64,000 bases of DNA from the human T2T-CHM13v2.0 reference genome, Homo sapiens. Position 1 is the stretch's first letter, and each line of letters starts with the position of its first letter. A program made the position numbers and the translations under genes. Below the pieces are notes generated by a model. It saw only the letters and a list, made by a program, of their open reading frames with translations. It did not search any database and was not told the origin of the DNA. The stretch is from NCBI RefSeq assembly GCF_009914755.1, contig NC_060946.1, one strand, 5' to 3'. Below, one piece after another: positions 49,480 to 64,000 of the stretch.

Positions 49480-51640
49480 CCTGCTCACCCCATCCGCCCA
49501 AGAATGCGCCTTCCCGTCTTCGGTGGCCCTACCCAGAATCCCAAAATGTGGGTTCCAACCCAGGCCCTGAACGTCTTCTCAAATCCCCGGGACTTACGTT
49601 GCGGCGCGCGCCCCGCCTGTCGGGTCTTGCCCCTCGGGCGGTACCGCCCAGGCAGCCCTAAATCCAGCCTCCCAGGCCCCCAGCAGCGCCCTCCGCCCCT
49701 CCACCATCCCGTCCGGCTCGCAGTCGGGGCCAAATCGAGAGACAAGAGGGCTGTGCCTGAAACTGAGCGGTTTCACCACTTGGCACCTCCTGGCAGAAAC
49801 TTCCCTTTAAAAAAAGAAAAGAAAAAAAAAAAAAGCAGCAGCACTTTTGGGCTAGCATTTCAATCCTTCCTGCCCTTTAGAGTTCCCAGTTCTGCTTCCA
49901 GCTGCCTTTGGGTGTTCCACTACAATTGAGTTGTAAAGATATTCTTTAAGTGTTTATAGAACATTAAGACTTAAGAAAAATCTTTAAAATTAGAGGAGGG
50001 AAAAAAAAGCCACCTTATCGCACACATCCAGGAAACGCAGCCCCGTGCATCCCTGCTCAGGGATAAGCAGGCGCCCCAGGACTCCCGGGGACAGATTTTT
50101 GGGCACCCGAGGGAGTCACCCGGCGCACCTCGGGGTCCGCGGAGAGGCCCAGCCCCTCCCGCGGTCCCTTAGACGCGCCCTCCGCCTGGCCCGTGTGGAC
50201 CGTCCCGGCCATTGTTTACGGGGGAAGCCTGTCCCGACGCATTGTTTTGGCCATTTCCAACTTCCCCCGGCCCTTCCCGGGGTATCGCGGGGGACCCTAC
50301 GCCAACGTCCCCCCTCCGCCCGCGCCCCAAGGGCCGACTGGGCAAATTGGGAGACCCGCCCCGCGGGGCGACCCAACTTTTCGGAACAGCCCCCCACCGC
50401 CCACCCCCGCAGACCCCCGGACCCCCGCACCCCAAGCCCTTCTGAATCGTGCGGCGTGAGTGTGACGGCCAAGAGCGGATGCAGCCCGGGATCGCCCGCA
50501 CCTTCCCGCCAGCGGAAGCGCAGGAGCCGGCTGGGGAGGGGGCGCCCTAGAAAGAGCAGCTAGAAAGCTGAGACGGGGAACTGAGGTCATCCTGGGGGGG
50601 GACAAGACAACGAGAGCCGGGCGCCTCGGGGGCGGCGCGGGAGCCTCCGCAGGACCAGGCGGGCGCCCCGGCTGGCGCGGGCGGGGGGCGCCCCCCTTTA
50701 CCTGTGGCTCCGGCCCCTCGGCCATTTCCTCGCGCGGCGGCTGCCGGGACTGAGCTGACTCCACTCGGGCCGGCCGGGTTTGAAAGAGGAGGAGCGGGCG
50801 CGGAGGGGAGGGGGCGGGGAGGGCGGAGGGAGGGAGGCCTCGCGCAGTTTTCTCGGCCTTTTGTGCGGACACCTCCCGGATTCCGCGCCCGCACCCGGCC
50901 CCCCAAAAGACACGGGGAACCGCAAGCGAGGGGTGCAGCCATCTGCCGAGGCGCCTAGTGCCTTCGCGCCTCCAAGACCCCCAACAAAAAAGGAGCGTCC
51001 CGCACCCCCACCCCCGCCCGGAGGATTTAGGGGCCGGGCTCACCTCGGGCGCGGGGCTAAGTGCAGGCGCGGGGGGGGTCCCTAGAGCCGCCAGGGCGCG
51101 GCGCGTCCGGCGCTGGGGGACTGTTGGGTCAGAAAGTGTTCAGGGAGCAGCTGCTGCGCCCTCCCTCGGCCCGCCGCTCGGAGACGCCCCGCCCCGCCCC
51201 ACCCCGCCCCCGCGCCCACGTGACTAGCATAGGCCCGCCCCCGCTCCGCCCCCCGCCACAGACTCCGCCTCCGGGACGCGAGCGAGCGGCGAGCGCGCGC
51301 ACTCCCAGTTATCGCTCGGCGACTCCCGCGCACGCACGCGCCGTGCCACCCTCCCCGCGCCCCCCGCCCCATACCCCTACTCCCGCCATCCGATTTAACG
51401 TGGCGGGCGAGCGCCGCGGCGGTAGCCGTGACAGGTACCCGGCGGGGGGGGCGGGGGGGGCCGCGAGGGTGTGCGCAGGCGCAGACCCGGGTCCCGTCCC
51501 CGCCGCCCCCTCCTCTGCAAGGTGTGCCGGGGCGAGGGGAGGGGCCCGCGGCCCGAACCCCTGGGTCACCCCGAATTACAAACAAAACCTTAACGCCGTT
51601 GCTCGCGGGTTAGAAGGCAGCTGTGCGCGAAAAACACCTC
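49480..51640. promoter_or_regulatory. CpG island promoter with GC boxes and an E-box
   Basis: Very high GC and CpG density; clustered CCCCGCCC boxes 51186-51256; CACGTGAC at 51217-51224; G-run cluster 50802-50837. Confidence 0.92.
50702..50800 (-). other. Probable first exon of the minus-strand transcript (5' end approximate)
   Basis: ..GAGGAAATGGCCGAGGGGCCGGAGCCACAG|gtaaag donor inside the island, oriented toward the TPTE exons. Confidence 0.6.
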
Positions 51641-54600
51641 AGATTTTCTTCAAGCGTGAGGAAGGTCGAGAAGATAAAGTTTTTAAATGAGTATCTTCAG
51701 AAAGCTATTTAATTGTTCTGATTTTTTTTTTTTCTGAAAGGACTGGGCTTGCGCTATTCTAACTTGAGATTTCTAAACTTAGACTAGGTTCCAAGAATCT
51801 ACTTGGTTTTGATAGAAATCCATTTGGAGGAAACCGGGGACAAAAAAAAACAAAAAACCGCTACCCTTTCCCCTCCTCCCTACGCACAACTCATTTAAAT
51901 CGTTTCCCAACTGTTTTTTTTTTCTTACTGAAAAAAAGGACAAAAAAAATCCTGATTCCTAAGGCCTGTGATATTTCCCCATTTTAAGTAAGCCTCGAGG
52001 AACCACAGACATAACAAACATATCCACAATTTTTCTACCCCAAAATGCAAACTAATGCAAATGTGAAATGGATCTATGCAAGTCGCTACCAACAAAATAG
52101 CCAAATATTTGTTTTTTTACTGGCCTTCGGCATATCCAAAATGAAAAAACTTTAAAACACATCAAGAAAAGCATTTAAAATATCTATTTCCTAAATAAAA
52201 AGAAAGAACGCACTACAGAAACGATCCGGAGCTGGTGAGCAATGCAATCTTAATAAATAGGAAAAGGAATTTGAGAAGACAGCTCAGCAAAGGGGAAGAA
52301 TTTGCCAAGTGTCATGTTTTGCTGTCATTTTATATATAACTACTAACCCCCCATATGGTCTGGTTAGTCTTTTTTAAAAAGGAAGCCAATCAATTACTCA
52401 CAATTAATTAGCAGTGCCAGTAGATTCTTAGGCCAGCACTAAAAAACTAAATTGGGTGAATTTTTTTTCACTCAAGTCCACTGATATTGATCACTTTTAG
52501 TATTAGGAGTCCTTTTCTGACAAAAGATGAATACCTATCTTTAAAATATATTTTTTAATCTTATTGTCACATTCTAAAACACAGTCCAAAAACACTTCAT
52601 AAACAAGAAACTTCATTTAACTTTATGAAAACAAATGACTATGAGCCTTGCTACACAACAAAGAAACTATGAACAAGTGGAACCAGGTTGAGCCTTTAAG
52701 TGTAGCCTCATTCTACATGTTAATGGATAACCTTTGAACTCTGAGAACTTGAATGCTGTAAACACAATAGCACTGACAGTTAAAAATTCCAGTGTCAAAA
52801 TCGAGCAAAAAGAAAAGTCCAAACTTTTCAGGGGGAATAGGGAAACAATCAAATATTTTGACAAATAATCGTTTCAGTAAGAACAAGGGGATTCCTGGCT
52901 CTCAGACCTTGTTGCTACTGAATTATTTTCTGAGCAAAAACGGTTGTGCTTGTTTTCCCCCTGTGCCCTCCAAAGCTACCACTTTGTTCACATTATAGCA
53001 TCATGATTTGTTACTGTTTCGCTGCCTCCCTCAAAAAAAAAAAAGCGCCTTATTATGTTGTAGCTTTTAAAATTGAAAGATGATTATATTCACTGATCTA
53101 TCCGCTAAGAGTTTTATTTATATGTGATCCTCCTTATGTTTGAGCAAAGAATTACAAAGAACCTTGTCCTGGAGTCGTGCCAACGAAACTGGGAAATCGT
53201 TGCAAAATTCTGCCAGTGACTGACTGCTGGGTTGCAAATACATACTGTGTTTTCAGAAGAACATAGAGGGATCTGAATTCGTCCGGGAGGGCTTCCCTGA
53301 GACACATTCTTCCCTTAGAATGTGAGACTCATACCTCCCATTTATTTGGAAAGCATGTATAGTTCAAACAATTAAAATATGGAAACTCCAAAAGTAACAG
53401 GAGAACACTGCAAACATTTGGTTTTGTAATAAAAGCTAGAAACTCATAACTGCATGAAGTGAAAATTGAAAATCGAACGTTGGTCTTCCTATGCTTAGCT
53501 CCACCCACAAGAAATCCAGCTTTGCCATCACTCCCTTCCTAGGCCATCTCTAAAGGAGTCAGGTGCTACTAGATGCCAGCAAAAAAAACAAAGAATGGAA
53601 CCAAAAGAGAAGCTCTGCACATGGTACTTGGAGAAGGGGCAGAAAAGCCCCACTTCACCTTGGTTCAATGCAGCAAACATCAGCTACACCTCATTTTTCA
53701 CAATTGTCCAAACAGCTCAGGCAGAGCTGACGAGGAGGGTCAGCACCTTCTGCCACCTCCTGCTGCTGAGCTGTGCACCTGTCCCGCAGTTAACTTTCTC
53801 TGAGCTGAGTCAACCTGAGCCCACCTGTGGGGAGCCCAAAGCTTGGTGGAGACAGATGCCAGCTGGGGCCCTTTGTTGGGAGAAGCTAAAGGACCTGGTG
53901 ACTGCATGTGGGGGCAAGAAAAGGAAGACTCCAAGGGTTTGCTCAGGACTCTGGCCCAGGAAATGGGGGACTGTGGGACTGGAAGGGGCCTGGTGGGGAG
54001 CAGCAGGGGGTGCTGAGCTTGTTTGGCACCCTCTGAGCTGGAGAAGTGTGTGGAGGCTGGGAGAGGGGCCCAGAGGGACTGGAGGTATAGACAAGACATG
54101 CTCCCAGCTTCCCTGGGTCGCAGGCCAGGCACTATTTGATAGATGAGATCATCGAGTTCCAGGGAGGAAGGAGAGCGGGCCATGTCACCAAGGTCACCCA
54201 GTGATGAGCATCCCTGCCGACAGGAGTCCAGCTATCCCAGTCCCTCCACAGTCCCTGGGACTTTGCTGCTGAGGGGCTCGGGCTCTCCGGGCGGGAGTCC
54301 CAAAGACAGGAACAGGGCAGACTTAGAGCCCACATGGAGGCTGATTCTTTGGGCGGCCTTGGGCAAGTCTCTTCACCTTTCTGAGGCTCAGTTGCCGCAC
54401 CTGTGGGTGTGAAATGCCTCCTTCCATAAGGGTTGGAAGGATTAAATTAGAGTTTATTTTTATTTTTTATTTATTTATTTATTTTAATGTCATAGCGCTG
54501 GACCCAGCAGCAGGTATTTAGTAAGCCCGGCGGGTGGTGAGCATGTCCTCCCCTTCCCCTTCTGGCTGAAGCAGTTAGGAAGGCTGCCTGGAGGAGGCAG

Positions 54601-54798
54601 GCCTTGAAGGTAAGGGCTGATTCAGAGAGACTCAGAATGAGCACAGGAGAGACTGCCGGGCTCCCCCTGGCCCCGGGGCCCCTGAACACAGGCCAAGGGC
54701 TGTGGACCTTCTGTTGTCACAGCTGCCCATCCAGGCCCCACAGCACTGGAACCGTAGCCAGAGAGAGCTCTGCCTGAGAATGGGACAAGAAAACAAGC

Positions 54799-55392
<594 letters not shown>

Positions 55393-55649
55393 TTACTACC
55401 CTCAGGGAAGGAGAGGTCTTGCCGAACCCAGCATCTTGACTGCAGAGCTGGGGCTCTAACCACTGGGCTGCTGCCTTTTGTAAATGAATGGCTCCCCATC
55501 TCCTGCGAGCTCCTGAGGGCAGAGCGGAGTCTCCCCTGTGCCTGGCATGGGCCCTGCATTCAGCAGCCTCCTCAGGAATTTTGAGTAAGTGAATAAAGAC
55601 ATGTAAGGGTGACAGTTCAGTTTCAGAGTGACCCAGAGGCATCGCCCTA

Positions 55650-56138
<489 letters not shown>

Positions 56139-56605
56139 TCATTATAATGCGTCACCACGCGCAGGTCCATGAATGAATGCGGAAGTCAGTCGTCACCCGG
56201 GAGCTCCCTGGGCATGTGGACTCCTGGGCTGCAGCCCCAAAGGGAGGAAGCAGCAGGGCTATGGGTGGCAGGGGCCAGGATGAGCTCCTGGGTGATTCTG
56301 TCACAGGTGGCCCTGGACCACACTTAGGAACAAAATCGCCAGCTGGGTCCTCTTCCCACCGGCCACCCAGCCAGGCTCATTTGCATGATCTTTTGCATAT
56401 ATTTGCATGACTTCCCTGGTTCCAAATAAAGCCTGTTAGTCCTTATCCTCACTTCTGCTGGGTGCTGAGCAAAGCTTCTTCCCTCCCGCCCTCCCCTAGC
56501 ACTGCCCCCGCCCAGACCTGGCTGGCCTGGACTAACCCCGTCCTTCTCACCTCCTAGCCCCAGTCAAATATGTCATCCTTTGACCCCATCTCCACTTTCT
56601 CCTAG

Positions 56606-57378
<773 letters not shown>

Positions 57379-57692
57379 TAAACATCCACTGAGCACCCAG
57401 GGCTAAGGCAGGCCCCTTGCCCATCTCATTCTCCCTAATCCTCCAGGGACTCTGTGAGACAGGACTCCACTGGGCCCATTTTACAGATGAAGAAACTGAG
57501 CCTCAGGAAGGTCCCATCACTTGCCAGAAAGTGGCGGCTCTTTCCATCCCACCAGCCTGCCTCTGCAAATGGCCCCGTGGCATTTTCGCTCATCTCAAGT
57601 GAATGTTATTTGGGTTTTGTTTTGCTTCACTTGCTGTAATTAGGTCTTTGAAATTATGCAAGTCATATGCACTTACTGTAAAAACATTAAAA

Positions 57693-60213
<2,521 letters not shown>

Positions 60214-60369
60214 CTCAATGTCTCTTAAATCTCATTCAATCTATAGGTTCCTACTCTATCTCTTCTATTTTCCTTGCAATTTGTTAGTTGGGGAAACCAG
60301 GTCATTTGTCCTTCATATAAAATATTTTGTTTAATGAAATTATATAGATAATGATCTTTAGAAATACAT

Positions 60370-61500
<1,131 letters not shown>

Positions 61501-61654
61501 ATATAAAATATATTTTATTTTATTATTATACTATATGTTAATTTCCTTGTGTATATATAGCTCTCAAACTCTGGAGCTCAAGCAGTCCTCCTCCTCAACC
61601 TAAAGTACTGGGATTACAGGCCTGAGCCACTGCACCTGGCCTACAGTTATTATT

Positions 61655-62993
61655 ATTATTATTATTTTTTCTTTTTTCAGTATTTATTGATCATTCTTGG
61701 GTGTTTCTCGCAGAGGGGGATTTGGCAGGGTCATAGGACAATAGTGGAGGGAAGGTCAGCAGATAAACATGTGAACAAGGGTCTCTGGTTTTCCTAGACA
61801 GAGGACCCTTTGGCCTTCCGCAGTGTTTGTGTCCCTGGGTACTTGAGATTAGGGAGTGGTGATGACTCTTAACGAGCATGCTGCCTTCAAGCATCTGTTT
61901 AACAAAGCACATCGTGCACCGCCCTTAATCCATTTAACCCTGAGTGGACACAGCACATGTTTCAGAGAGCACGGGGTTGGGGGTAAGGTTATAGATCAAC
62001 AGCATCCCAAGGCAGAAGAATTTTTCTTAGTACAGAACAAAATGGAGTCTCCCATGTCTACTTCTTTCTACACAGACACAGTAACAATCTGATCTCTCTT
62101 TCTTTTCCCCACATTTCCCCCTTTTCTATTCGACAAAACCGCCATCGTCATCATGGCCCGTTCTCAATGAGCTGTTGGGTACACCTCCCAGACGCGGTGG
62201 CGGCCGGGCAGAGGGGCTCCTCACTTCCCAGACGGGGCGGCCGGGCAGAGGCGCCCCTCACCTCCCAAACGGGGCAGTGGCCGGGCGGAGGCGCCCCCCA
62301 CCTCCCTCCCGGACGGGGCGGCTGGCCGGACGGGGGCTGACCCCCCACCTCCCTCCCGGACGGGGCGGCTGCCGGGCAGAGACGCTCCTCACCTCCCAGA
62401 TGGGGTGGCAGTCGGGCAGAGACACTCCTCAGTTCCCAGACGGGGTCGCGGCCGGGCAGAGGCGCTCCTCACATCCCAGACGGGGCAGCGGGGCAGAGGA
62501 GCTCCTCACATCCCACACAATGGGCGGCCAGGCAGAGACGCTCCTCACTTCCCAGACGGGGTGGCGGCCGGGCAGAGGCTGCAATCTCGGCACTTTGGGA
62601 GGCCAAGGCAGGCGGCTGGGAGGTGGAGGTTGTAGCGAGCCGAGATCACGCCACTGCACTCCAGCCTGGGCAACATTGAGCACTGAGTGAGCGAGACTCC
62701 GTCTGCAATCCCGGCACCTCGGGAGGCCGAGGCAGGCAGATCACTCGCGGTCAGGAGCTGGAGACCAGCCCGGCCAACGCGGTGAAACCCCGTCTCCACC
62801 AAAAAATGCAAAAACCAGTCAGGTGTGGCAGCGTGTGCCTGCAATCCCAGGCACTCTGCAGGCTGAGGCAGGAGAATCAGGCAGGGAGGTTGCAGTGAGC
62901 CGAGATGGCGGCAGTACAGTCCAGCCTCGGCTTTCACAACTTTGGTGGCATCAGAGGGAGACCGGGGAGAAGGGGAGGGGGAGGGAGAGGGAC
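61655..62993 (-). mobile_element. SVA retrotransposon (older, SVA_A/B-like; short VNTR)
   Basis: Poly-T, SINE-R (about 61680-62170), GC-rich VNTR (about 62185-62580), Alu-like region, short purine-rich hexamer end; TSD cagttattatt at 61644-61654 and 62994-63004. Confidence 0.95.
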
Positions 62994-63020
62994 CAGTTAT
63001 TATTTTTTAAAATGTCTTCT

Positions 63021-63322
63021 CGGCCAAGCACGGTGGCTCAAGTCTGTAATCCCAGCACTTTGGGAGGCCGAGACAGGTGGATTGCTTGAGCCTTGGGAGT
63101 TTGAGACCAGCCTGGGCAACATAGCAAGACTCTGTCTCTACAAAAAAATACAAAAATTAACTGTGTGTGGTGGTGTGTGCCTGCAGTCCCAGCTACTCTG
63201 GAGGCTGAGGTGGGAGGATCATCTGAGCCCAGGGAGGTTGAGGCTGCAGTGAGCCGTGATTGGACAACTGCACTCTGGTCTGGGTGACAGAGTGAGACCC
63301 AGTCTCAAAAAAAAAAAAAAAA
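63021..63322 (+). mobile_element. AluJ
   Basis: Alu dimer with A-tail. Confidence 0.9.
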
Positions 63323-63676
63323 AGTCTTCTCTCCCCTACTTACCTACTATGAGTATAGATGAGGCAATTTACTTGACAAATATTTAATGAGCACCCCACT
63401 ATGTGCCGGGCCCCATGCCAGATCCTGAGAAATATAACGGTGAATAGGCCCGACATATTCCTGGAGCTTCAATCTGAGATTTGGTAGTTTGCAGAATCCT
63501 GAAGAGAGCTTATTAAAATGCAGGTCCCAGGACCCATCTCACACAGGATGTCAGGGGTGTGAGGTGGGGACCAGGAGTGGGCACCTTTTGCCAATTGAGT
63601 CTAGCCCTGTCCTACAATATGTAAGCCACAAAATGATCCACATCACATCAATTTAAATTTTCCAGCAATTACATTA

Positions 63677-63991
<315 letters not shown>

Positions 63992-64000
63992 GTAAAAAGA

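Noticed and set aside
49274-51690. Many long overlapping Pro/Arg/Gly-rich ORFs
   Set aside because: Expected from stop-codon scarcity in a CpG island; no recognisable protein.
39930-53550. Naming the parental gene of the CpG island segment
   Set aside because: Not recognised with confidence from sequence alone; needs a BLAST/BLAT search.
62151-63252. ORFs in a GC-rich tandem repeat
   Set aside because: SVA VNTR and Alu-like domains.

Overview
Hominoid (very probably human) genomic DNA with no intact protein-coding gene. GC-rich, Alu-dense flanks (about 1-7.9 kb and 53.5-64 kb) enclose an AT-rich block of about 45 kb that looks like a duplicated mosaic insert. On the minus strand this block carries a CpG-island promoter and first exon (49.5-51.6 kb) that do not look TPTE-derived. 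Downstream lies an unprocessed, 3'-truncated TPTE/TPTE2 (voltage-sensing phosphatase) pseudogene: a tandem array of 54-nt phase-2/2 N-terminal microexons (intact, decayed and one inverted), then 60-, 51- and 162-nt exons ending after transmembrane helix S2. From recall, not from a search, this fits TPTEP2 (LOC400927) at 22q13.1 upstream of CSNK1E. Notable structures are a TSD-less L1PA that cuts a microexon, a 352-bp collapsed two-LTR HERV-H remnant with PBS and TSD, a twin-primed L1 nested in an older L1 nested in Tigger1, a perfect 25-bp hairpin, an octamer cluster, an SVA and about 30 Alus. Most ORFs in the supplied track are repeat-derived or spurious.
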